Below are positions 11,301-22,700 of a DNA stretch of 64,000 bases, one piece after another; positions within the stretch are counted from its first letter, which is position 1; each line of letters begins with the position of its first letter. Where the stretch lies: the NCBI GenBank assembly GCA_963575745.1, contig CAUYUJ010000186.1, positions 1 to 64,000 of the forward strand. Direction: 5' to 3'. Both the position numbers and the translations under genes were made by a program. Under the pieces are notes generated by a model. It did no database searches. It had not been told where the DNA came from and saw only the letters and a program-made list of their open reading frames with translations. The stretch comes from Prorocentrum cordatum (taxonomy: Eukaryota).

Positions 11301-14300
11301 AGGCGTCCTCTGCGGATGTACGGCCAGCAGGGGTTTCCCCCGGCCTGGCCGAGGGTGCTGATGCTGGCGTCATCCTTGGAGGCTCCATGTCTTGGTCGGG
11401 GTCGATAGGTGCCAATCCAGGTGGGTCGTCAATAAGTTCTCCAGGAAGGCAGGCGCAAATCTCGTACTTGCTCAATGGCTCTCTGGCTGCCAATGGCGGG
11501 TAGTCCCATGGGTCGCCGTCTGGCCACAGCTGCTGGCCATGCATGTGGTGTGGTTTGAGGCGGCGAATTGCAATAATTGCCGCAGCGGGTACCACGTCCT
11601 CAGTCATGATAGCGCCCTGAGCACCCAACCAAAATCTGCAACCTGCTTTTGTGGCGATCTCCATGTTGATCACCAGCTCGACTTCGTTCTTGTAGCTGTT
11701 GAACTTGTACGATTCCACTGAAGTATGTGGGTTCTTTTGAACGTTGTTCAAATATGTGCTAGAACTGAAGAATGCCTCAGATCGCTGAGATGGTTTATAA
11801 GTTCTGTCTCTCTGAGAGTGTGGTTCAACATATCCAGGAATGATCCCTGTCTTCAGTATGTTCTTCCAGGCGCGGGATGCTGTTCCATGATGGAGATATT
11901 TGATATCTGTCCACTGTAAGCTCTCCCATCCCATGTTCCATGGCTTTGAAGATGGGTTGACACAACTGTGACCACCGACGCACCGAATAGCAATAACGCT
12001 GTTCCAGTCAAAAGTGCTGGGGTCACCTCCGTCAGGAATCGGCTTGGCGTATATCTCGATTCTGTTTTTTCTGCGGGTCAATATGCTTCTGGAACGCACG
12101 AATAATGAATATCGGATAGTAGTCGTTCCAATCGGTGTATCCATCATTTTCACCGTCTTTCTTGAAATGTGCCACTGCCGCTTCCATGGATGGTCCATTG
12201 TGTCTTTCTTTGCGATCTCGGAATTTCCATTCAACCATTTCTTTAAATGATTTCCAATTGCTTGGAATCGTCCAATCATTCTTTGTTGTTTTATCCCAGA
12301 TAGTAATACGTCTGTCATGAAATTGGTTGATCCAAAACGTTTTGTAGTGAATCTCATGGCGTAACATAGTCGTGATGTCTTTGCTCATGTATTTGTTTGT
12401 TCCCAGCCATTCTTCATCAATTAGCTCAGGACCATAACGTACATCGTCATAATGTGGTAATGGTATCCATTTCCATTCTGGGAAACAACCAGATTGTGCA
12501 ATGTCAGGCGCATGAGCAATTACACTATCATCATGCAGTAGCTGCTCGTACCACTCTCGGTCTTCGATGCAGGCAAATCCATTGGTCGCTTTCGTGCCCC
12601 GCAACATTGGGCACATGTATGGATGTTCATCTTTGACGCCATACTGTACCTTCCATTCGCGAATAGTGCATGAGTTGTCGAAGATCCCGAGCTTGCTGGT
12701 ATCCTCGTGCATGGAACGCTCACAACTGTCCTGCCATGACAATATATTCATCTCATGTGGAGAAGGCTCCTCCTCAGCAGGAGTTGCCTCCAGCTCCATT
12801 GCCTCAAGGTCGGTGCCGTCATCAGGGATCGGTACCGCCTCAGCTTTTGGGAGCTGATCTGCTGGTTGTTGTTCTGCTTTAGGCTCTGGAGTCGATGGTT
12901 GCGACGCTTTGATCGATTGCGGTCCAGGTTGCAGTGGATCGGGCAATGGGCCTGGTGGGGCTGGCTGTGCTGTGTCATCAGCTGCCCTCCATACGGATGT
13001 AGGAACATTAGGGTCATGACCCAAAGCCACTCGATCCAGTGCATTCTGTTTGAAGAATGTTTTGCATGCCTCGATGTTCTTCTCGTTCTCGGCAGCTGGG
13101 CCGATGCGGTGAGAAGACAATCTGTTTTCTTCTGCAATGAGTCTTGATTTGGTCGCATTATCGTCTCCATCCAACTCTTTGATCTGACGTAAGAATTGCT
13201 CGAATACAACCCAAGTAACTGCATGTGCATCTTCAACTGTTTTGACGATCTTGGGTTCTAGAAGTTCATCTTTCTCAAGAGAATGCCAAGATGCCCAAGC
13301 CCCAGGGTATTCTTTGATCAACAGCATAAGGTACTGAAATAAGTCATTGTATGCCATAACCCATGGATCATTATCAGGAAGGGTTTGGTCAGGATCGCTA
13401 GGGTCCGTTGCTGGCGTACGTGTAGACCTTCCAGGAGTCGGCTCAGTCGTGTCGCCCGTCTCGGCGGGCAGTGATGCCGGCAATGTGCCCTCGGCACATG
13501 ACGCCATCCACGCACAATGAGCCATCTCGTTTGCCGTCTGTGTCATCAATGTTGTGAGGCTGAGGTCTCTTTTCCATTCGTTTGTCAACTTTTCTCTGAA
13601 GTCGGGGGCTGCCATGATTTCCTTGGCCTGAGTGTAGGCCTGGTTGTCCGTGACAGAAGTCAGCAATGGCGGCCTGAATGGATATGGCTGAGAAGGAAGA
13701 GACTGTATCAATGCGCAAAAATTGCGATAGCATACTGCGTCGCAGAATTGCGTTGTAAGCATTGCCATGTTATGGTTATTCTGTTTGGCGTGCCAAGCCT
13801 GTGGGGTAACCCTGTCGTACGTATCCACCCAATGGTCGGATGGAAGAACAGTGATACCACGGTTCTGCATGAGAGTGATCAAGTCGCTCGTGTGGTGATC
13901 AAAGTTCGGGTGTACGCCCCATTGCGCTGCTTTTCCAGGTCCCATGACCGTGGGGCAGCGGAAATACTGCATCACATCGACAAAACGTGATACGTCCACG
14001 AGCACGTGTACGGGCATGAGCGTCGGGACGCCGCCCTCACATTCCATCTTTTGGAGCTCGTGTACGTTGGTAGGAGCACGACTGTGATGTCGGCGCATGT
14101 CGATGGTTTTCTGTCCAGGACTAGCACATGCGATGTCGTTCGCACTCCATACTACCATGGCATTGAGTCCCCTGTGATAGTGTCTTTGTTTTATGGATGA
14201 TGGGAAATCATTGGCCCAGTATTCCCAGATGGTCTCGTTCAGCTCGCGCCACTTCTTGATGGAAGCGTTGTCGCTTTGAAACATGAGGCCTCTGGCTTCG

Positions 14301-16316
14301 CGGATCTTCCTGATCATATTGCGCTTCTCGAGAGTGTTCTCAAACTGATTGTTGAGAAGAGCGTTGATACGGCTTTCCTCTTTCTCGAAACGTTGCTTGC
14401 GTAGTTCCTCCATTCCGTATCGTACGCCCTCATAACCAGCTTCAGGCAAGAGAACGCAATCTTGACCGATCGGCGTATCATTCTGTCTGAACCATTCCCT
14501 GTAATTGCCAGCCAAAAGAGAATGCCCACATCATGATGCCGTCGCGGATCATGGTCGACAGGTGCTCAAGAGTAGCGCCACCCATGTATTCCGCGCGGTT
14601 AAGGCACGGCATGAATAGCGGAACAAGAGCAGTATTTGATGCTTTGGCGAGGTCGATTCTCTTCTGGGCAGCGTTGAGCTCGTCGATGCCTAAAGTGGGG
14701 TACTTCTTGTGTTTTGCACCCTTAGCCCCTTTCTTCGGATGCATGATCCATGTTGAGTCCGTGTATAAGTTGGTCCATTTGTATGCATGACCCGATGACC
14801 CAAATCCATGATGTAATAGTAGTCCCAAGTCCTCTTGTACGAGGGAGTGCCACCCATTGTCTGACAATATGGTAGAAACCAAGCGACCACCACAGAAAGC
14901 ACTGTATTTTGCGTGGTCCAACTCGAATGGGTCCACATCATTGCCAGGAGTCATGCCAGGATCATTCGAACCCATGTGGTCAGCAGCGTCGCCGAAGAAG
15001 TCGTTGCCCTCGTTGTATGGTGTCCAACGATAGGTACGCTCTGTCTCTTGTGGATCATCCAATATCGCCACCCAACCATTCGGATGGTCGGATGGTGTTG
15101 CCACCGTCTTGGAGTTTGATCCGATACTTCCAAAGCCTCCGCGCGCAGTCAACCATGTAGTAAGCTTGCGGCGGAACTTCTTTGTTTTGGTAAGGTCGGA
15201 AAAAGCTCTCGTGTTGGTGACCAAGTTATCCTCGACGATATGACCGATGTGCCCAGATGTATCCGATGTCCTGGCGATGCCAGGTGGACGAGTAGGTAGC
15301 TTGGCCATTGCACGATCAATTTTAGGAGCATAGCATGGCGTTACCAATCCGTTTTGGTATACATCGGATGGTGCACTCAGACCATTGTTGTAATAGTTTT
15401 GCGTATCCGTAACGCTGTCCTCGGTATATTGTCCCAGAACTGCACTGCCAATTTTGGACCAATCGTTGTGGATCATCATCCACTCCGTCTTCAGTATCAT
15501 TGTAGTAAAGTTTGATGGTGGACATTTGCGGTCTGATCCTGGGATCGTCGCGTTCAAATGGTCATGTAGTCCACGAACACTATCTTATACTGAAGGATTA
15601 CGATTGAAAAGGCTGGAAATCATACACATAGCACGCATGAATGATAGCCACGGCGTAGCTGTGAACGTGTTGTACTCATAGTTGGCGTTGCCGCCGACGG
15701 ATCCACTCTCGGTGCTGGCCCATTTCTTAGCCTCGACGGACGCGAAGCGGGCTAGTTCACGGATAGAAGACTCGTCGGGTACGCGGAGATCAAATTCTCC
15801 GCTCCGATCGGCACGCCGTTGATGTATGCATATGTAACCATCTTCGGGATCACGAGGACGACCAGTTTGAGCGTGGTACGCGAAGCCCACGCGGTCATCG
15901 TCCCTGGCGTTCGGGTCGTACTCCTTGTCGTAGCCGGTGGGCCAGCCGACGAGGTTGAGCGGCTGTGCCTGATCCATCTCGTGGATGGAGGGGTCGGGAT
16001 TAGAACCGATCTCACTTATTTTCGCCTCGCAAGCGGCAAACAGGATGCTTGTGAGCTTTGCAGCTCGAGTCGTAAAATTGCTGCGGTGTGAACGAATAAT
16101 CAATGTCCTAACTCTCTCTGCATCTCGTTGAGGTGAGGGGGGATGGCGAGGATGTCTACCGTGCGGTGAACGTGCGCGTGAACGAGGTGTGCGCGACGCA
16201 GTATCTGCGGCTGGTACGCCATAGTGGTACATGCATGCACATAGTCCCTCATGGTTAGCTTGCCCAACACACTGAAATCCGCATTCTGATCCTACCTCGC
16301 CCCATCTTTCTTTTTT
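8302..16316 (-). pseudogene. Long extra coding region downstream of RNase H (~2,600 aa if reassembled): Cys/His motif, possible SGNH domain, Tpt1/KptA domain, CxxC..CxxC motif, W/Y-rich tail
   Basis: Abutting or overlapping ORFs 15585-16232, 14478-15557, 12032-14515 and 8302-12357, joined by one in-frame TAA (15585-15587) and frameshifts near 14515 and 12065. The region lies inside the LTRs on the same strand as pol. Confidence 0.8.
11570..12390 (-). CDS. Tpt1/KptA-like RNA 2'-phosphotransferase domain (split by a 1-nt frameshift)
   Basis: Ordered motifs SKDITTMLRH, KNRIE, IRCVGGHS, YLHHGT, NILKTGI, RSEAFFS and LVINMEIATKAGCRFWLGAQGAIMTEDVVP match the Tpt1 pattern SKxLSxxLRH / KxRF / IRAxQGHS / LxHGT / RxHVHLS / IDxxxAxxxGxxFxxSxNGVxLTxxVP. 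Confidence 0.85.
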
Positions 16317-19300
16317 CCGTCAGCAATAACTTGCATATTTCTGGGCATCCATTCAATTTAGGAGGTTCCGCTTCATGAGGTAAACCGTCGGGCCTCCGAG
16401 GCCCTCGTATCGGCGGACATTGTATCGGAGTAACAGGAAAAATAAGCGAGTGTTCCAAGAGGTCCTTCCAAAGGTCTGCTTTCTTGGTCTCGAAATGTTT
16501 GGTCATCATATCTGCGATCTGCTCTTTTGTTCCTACATATATAAGCTCGATATGTTCAATTTGACATGTTTCGCATATCCAATCCAGATTGATACGATGA
16601 GTACGATGAAGATGACGAAGTGCTGGTGTTCGTCCCTTTTGGACAATTTTGATAACGGCCTGGTTATCCTCCAGGACGATGAGTCGTACTTTCGGTGCAC
16701 TGATCTCTGCAGCTGGCTCTGGATCCACGTGTAGTACGGTACCTTCATGGGATATTGTACGTCTCTTTGGAGTCGTAGGTAAATCCGTATTTAGCGGTTG
16801 TTGCCTACGGCTAGGAGAAGATCCCCGAGTAGGGGGTGCCTTGCGAGGCGATGGTTTACGCTTCTTTTTGGCTGCCAATGTAGGACCAATCGCCGGGTCA
16901 ACGTGTCGATGGCAACTCAGGCATGTATTCTTCTCTTTGCATGTTTTGGCAACTCCCACCACGGCTTCCCAGAATGATAGTAGTGGTAACCCTTCCAGTC
17001 GTAGTGCGGAATCGAGAGCAACGATCTCCGATTCAGTAGATGAGTATGAAACAACCGTTTGTTTCTTACATACAGCGTTGACTGGAAAGAACGTATTGGG
17101 TCCAACAAGCGCAGCAAAAACACCGGTAGTGGATTTGGAGGATGTAATGCAATCAGCGAACGAGGCGTCAGTGAACAACATGATGGATAACTTGTCTGAC
17201 GAATCGCCTATCCATCAGTGTAAGCAATGTGTACGCGTCGTTTTGATGTAGCATATCAACCGATGTAGACGTTTGTCACATGTAGTATTCCATTTGGTAA
17301 TTTCTCTGGCCAACATACATACCGGATGTAGAAGATCGAAACGACAGCAACGTGCCAAGTACAGGATCTTCATTAGTACACTTGCCGCGTCCTGGCCGAA
17401 AACGCCCTCGTCTGAATAGTCGGACTCAGTGAAGGAGGTGTCCTCGATGCCAGGGGTCTCTGCGTCGGGTAGATCATGGTATGTGGCGGGTATGGTATTG
17501 GTAGAAGTTGTGTCGACCGATTTTGCTGGGCTGGATGATCTTGTCCGTGCGTTGAGCACACTAGTAGGTCTGGCGACCGACCCGGAGGAAGATGGCGATT
17601 TGGATCGCGAAGCCCTCGGCGAGTCGGATCGTTTCCGACGTGACCCTGTTCCCTGGGCGCGCTTGGAGGCGCATTCCAGGTACCGCTCAATGCACTGATC
17701 TGTAAAACCAAGCATGTCATGTCGAATGCCACGAACGTGTTTTGCCGTATTGTATTCTTTCTCGTTGTTTGCAGGTAGCATAGGGCGTATTGTGGACATT
17801 CTTTTGTCGAAGATGCTCTGCGGTACATCATATGCTTGTTGTCCACAACCCAAATATTGTGAGTATGGAGTAGGTGGATCCAAATCGATACCGCTTTTTC
17901 GAATATAATCCCAGCCAGTCTGTAGATTATGAGCTGGGCCGGCCAATTTGAAATCGTCCACATATACTGAAAGTATCAGTCCCAGTTTGTTGCGTCTCCA
18001 TACACATTCCCATCCTGAAATAGGCTCGAAACCGACGCTTTCCAAGCATGTACGGCATTTTCGTTCCCAAAAGACACCTGCAAGAGGATGTCCGTATAGT
18101 GCCAATCGCAATCGGCACACTGGGTTATTGTATTTTGACCATGATGTCGGTTGTCGCCATTTAGGTATAGTAATCTAAGTATCAACTGGATCAATTCGTC
18201 CGTCGCCGTATAATAATGCCTGCGTGTAGGCTCCAGGTGCGTCACTTTGCTCTCCCGCGTATTGCGGTAATAACGCAGTAGCATCGCAAAGTTTGGAAGC
18301 CTCTATATGCGAAGCACTGGAAGCGGCGTCGGCGAATATGGCGGCCAAACCAGTTTCATCTTTGCCAGTATTGCCCTGAACCACCACTCTGCCCTTGAAT
18401 TTACGTAGATCAGGAGGAAGTTCTTCATGTTTGACTGAAGATAATTCCAATATATTGAAGAAATGCACCTTTGTTCCATTGCGAATAGATTGTGACTCAA
18501 TGTCAGCTTTTTCTGCAACAGTCTCCAACATCCATGTTTGTTTCGTTTCCAATCTCTCGTATTCTTTTCGTAGGGCTTCTTGTGCACGTGGTTCTGCGGC
18601 AACTTCTTTCTTACTCAGGTTTCTGGTAACTAATGCTGGGCGTGACCATGTCGACTCTGGTATTTTATCTCTGTGTGCCGGCATGTAGTTGGTCTCACGT
18701 GGCATGGTTGGTATTGCTACCGACTGGGTGAACTTGCGTATGAGCGGGTTCAAAGTCCCAAAGTCGGTTCCTTCATTATCCACAAATACCAAAGCACGTT
18801 CTTTTCCATCGTGCTGGTGTGGTAGTTGACGGTAGTATAGTACCGTGGTAATGTCACGTGGCCCACCAGGTAATTTGGCATACAGTATTTCTTTGTTTGT
18901 CACGCCTTTGACATTCTCGTCGCGGATGACGTCACCATTGTCAGTGTCGTATGTAATCCGTCGTTCCACAGTATTCCATGTGGGTCCGCCTGATGTAGTA
19001 GTACGGAAATTATTGACCTGTTTATCCTGTCTTGTCCACACTCTCAATGCAGCACGATCACGAATCTCACGGGCTCGTTTAACGTCGTTGGCGTAATCGA
19101 TTTCTTTCTTTTGCTGTCCACGGGAAAGTGTTTCCCAATGCTCGGGAAGAACGTGATCAGGACGTGTCGTAGTCTGCACACGTGTCTCGCGTCCACGAAC
19201 CACCATTTTGCCGTCTGGCGTTATTTTTGGAAGCTCATAGAACTGAATCGTGCCTGTCCACGGCTCGCTCAGCTCCCTGTGGTCGTTGGCGCTAACACCA

Positions 19301-19618
19301 TCCCAAACATCTCGGAAGTTACTTTCACCCTCGAACGTATAAGTCGTTTTGAAATCTCGTGTCACGTCGAGTTGGTCAACAGGTACTGGTATATTCATGA
19401 CGTCGTCCGTTGGGATGAATAGTTTCTTTCTTGGGGTACGAATGTGTCTGATGACGCAATATCCACGCTGTTCCCAGTAGTCTGGCTCCGGCGCTGGTGC
19501 AGCAACCTCAGAAAAGAAAAATAAAAAAAATAAAAAAAAAAAAAAAAAAAGATAAAAAAAAAAAAAAAAAAAAAAAATAAACAATATCAAACAAAAAAAA
19601 TAAAATTATAAAAAAAAC

Positions 19619-19650
<32 letters not shown>

Positions 19651-19704
19651 AAAAAGAGAAAAAAAAAAAAAAAAAAAAAAAAAATAAGAAATAAAAAATA
19701 AAAG

Positions 19705-19745
<41 letters not shown>

Positions 19746-22700
19746 AAAAAAAGGAAAACAAAAAGAAAAAAACAAAAAAAAGTAAAAAAAAAAAAAAAAC
19801 GTCGAGTTGGTCAACAGGTACTGGTATATTCATGACGTCGTCCGTTGGGATGAATAGTTTCTTTCTTGGGGTACGAATGTGTCTGATGACGCAATATCCA
19901 CGCTGTTCCCAGTTGTCTGGCTCCGGCGCTGGTGCAGCAACTTCAGAAGCCGATGTCTGGATATCAATAGCGTTATCTTCCGTCGTCATCATAGACGGAT
20001 CATCCCATTCTTTAGGGTAAGAAAGTGGAGGATCAGGCATTGGCTTGTCACCCAAGGGGCGAGAAGTAGATGCCTTCACCTCGTCGTGTGCCTCAGGGTT
20101 ATGATGTCGTAGAGTACCATCTTTCACGGGGTAGGTGAACTTGCCATCAGGGATGATGATGTCTTTGACTCTGTGCACATGACACAGTTCACCATCAGGA
20201 TTCTTGGCGTATGTAGCCGTGTCCAAAACAAGGTAGTCACCTGACCATCGTCCACCAGAGTGTAAGTGGTACCCCATGAATAACCCTTCCCGAGTATTTT
20301 CTTTAAATTTTGCAGTCTCGTTGTTAATCTCGGGGTTGAGGCATTTCCAAATATCCGAGCACCGAATGGTATGCAGTGCCCAGGAAAGCTTTCGCCAAAT
20401 CTTATTTCATGAGCTGTCTTTTCTGCATGCTCCTCGTTGAGGGCAGCGACGCCCGTGGATGTATGCACAAAGTTGTGTCCACAGCAAAAGGCTTGCATGG
20501 CCTCTTTCCACCATTCGTGTCCCAGACCAGACATATGTAACACAGCTCTGGTACCAAGAATGACTATTTTGACAACGCGCTCAATCAATCCATTTGTCTG
20601 TGGACGATGTGGCGTACTCGTGTCGTGTCTCCATCCCAATTGGCGGCAAGCTTTCTGAAGCTCTCCAGAATTGTCTGTGTAGATATGCTTCACCTCATCG
20701 TTCGCGGCGATGAACTGTTGAAAGGATGCCTTTGTAGTAGCTGCGTCTTTGTGTAGCGCTGGGTAGGCCATGAAGATGCCAGTATATCTGTCAAGGACAA
20801 CAAGTGCATATTTGTCGCCATGTTTGTCCGCGGCATCGTCTTTGGCCAGTACGATATGGTCGGCAGTTAGAGCTTCACCGAACTTCTTCGGGACAAAAGC
20901 CTCGTAGGCGTTATCCTCTTCGGTGGGGTCTGCCGGTGGATGTGGTTTGTGCTGTCGTCTACACGGGGCATTCTGTGCCATCGTACGAGAACAGATCTCA
21001 CAGTCGGGATGTTTTGGGCTGTGAGTCATGTAATGCATCGGGTCGATCGGTTTCTTTTGTCTGTTGGGCAGAACTCGATCGTTGTCTGGATGCGTTCGTG
21101 TGGGTGTCTCTGTCGGTATGTCGTTGTCTGCTTGAGCTATATCGAACCCCCCGCATTGTGGAGGAGAACACTGCATCTGAGACGTAGGCGAGTCGGTGGT
21201 CGTGTCCACGTTGGTCTCGTCTGTTCTTGTGTCGGGAGGTTCTTCGACCGTGGTGGTCCGTGCTCCTCCTCCCTCTCCGACATGTGGTCTCTTGGGGCAG
21301 GTCCCTATGTGGGGTCGTAGCTCGTCTGCAGTGGTTGGTTGCTCTGTAGTTTTGCAGCACCAACAAGTGTCGTTACAGCGGGCGGATGAACGCTTTCGCT
21401 GACGACGACGGGGTGCTGACGAAGTGCATAAACGTGGTGGTGGTATCCGTGTTAAGTCGTCGAGTCGTAACTCTGGCACTCGATTGTTGACTGGAATCTG
21501 ATACCATTGGCCCCCCGGATCCTGAAGCATGTAGCCCAGCTCAGGATCCCAAAGCTGTCGAAAGCCATCAACCTCGATCAATTTTCCAACTGATAGTAAT
21601 GATGGGCAGTCTGGTAAAGCAAGGGCTGAACTATGCAGTCCAACTTCGGGTAGCCGTATGTCGTAGTGCTCGTTGACGGTACGATCACCATTTGCAGTTT
21701 CCAGAATATGCTCTTCGCGAATAGATATGCGATCCGACTCGGTCTGCGTAAGTTCATGTTTTCCCTGAATATGATGGGCAGAACCACTGTCAAGAACCCA
21801 AGACCTTGTCAATGCTGCAGTCGAGCGTGGAGTGTCGACCTGCTTTGTCGTTGTTGTCGTCTGGGCAGTCTTTGATGACTGCTTGACAGTGTCGTCATGC
21901 TTTCGGATCGCAGTTGGTGTGGCCACCGACTCTTTGTTGTGTCGGTAGTCGTACAGTTCGTCGTACCATAGTTGTGCCTCTTTTTGACATTCTCGTAAGG
22001 CCTCTGCACTATCATCCCACCATTTTTGTGGTAATGGATCTGGTACTTTGACGATGTCACCCTCATTCGGCAGCTCTTTCCACCTGTCCAGTCTGGCTCT
22101 GCCAGATATGGTATGGAAATAGTAGTCCACGTTGCGTACGTCGAAGCGTATCCGACGACGTATCTTGGTAGATGTCGCTGTGGCCTTGGTGTTGGCCATG
22201 AGGGTCTTGTCGCGGATGACGTAACTGCGGTCTGAACGGCGTGAATGTCTAAAGTTGGCAGGAGAACGTGCTCTAGTGTTGGGTGAACCACGGGACGATC
22301 CGCGGCTCGGATACCGCTTGCCACGTCCTTTGTCACTGCCATATGATCTATCACGGCCGCGTGGACTGCCGCGTCCGCCGCCACGATTGTCTCGTCCTCG
22401 GGAGGTAGATCTCGAAGATCTGTCGTAACGACTTCTCGATTGGCTGCGAGAGTCTTGGGACCTCCTGGATGTCGAACGGGATCGGTCGTATTGGCGTCGG
22501 TTGTCACGTCCCTGTCGTGAATCGCTTGCGTAGCGAAACCCCCCGCGTTGTGAAGACCGTTGGCTTCCTGATCCGCGGGATGGCGATCGGCCACGGCTGT
22601 CCTGGCTGGAAGTCCGTGGTCGACTCGGGCTTCGTTCAGGAGTCTTTGCACCAGGTGCGAGATGAGCGTATTTGCATTTGTCGCCTTTTGTGCACTTGTT

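Noticed and set aside
12065..12070. A AAA AAC slippery site as a programmed -1 frameshift
   Set aside because: Joining the Tpt1 halves needs a +1 shift, as at 16311-16316; a homopolymer indel or sequencing error is simpler.
8302..16232. env-like gene or captured host gene with introns
   Set aside because: No clear signal peptide or transmembrane anchor was seen, and no intron structure; the region is continuous coding sequence.
15585..18177. Stop-codon reassignment or readthrough explaining the in-frame stops
   Set aside because: The stops are of all three types (TAA, TGA, TAG) and are rare, which fits point mutation better.
18175..20277. Poly-Phe membrane-like ORF segments
   Set aside because: These are translations of the poly(A) tract, not real protein.
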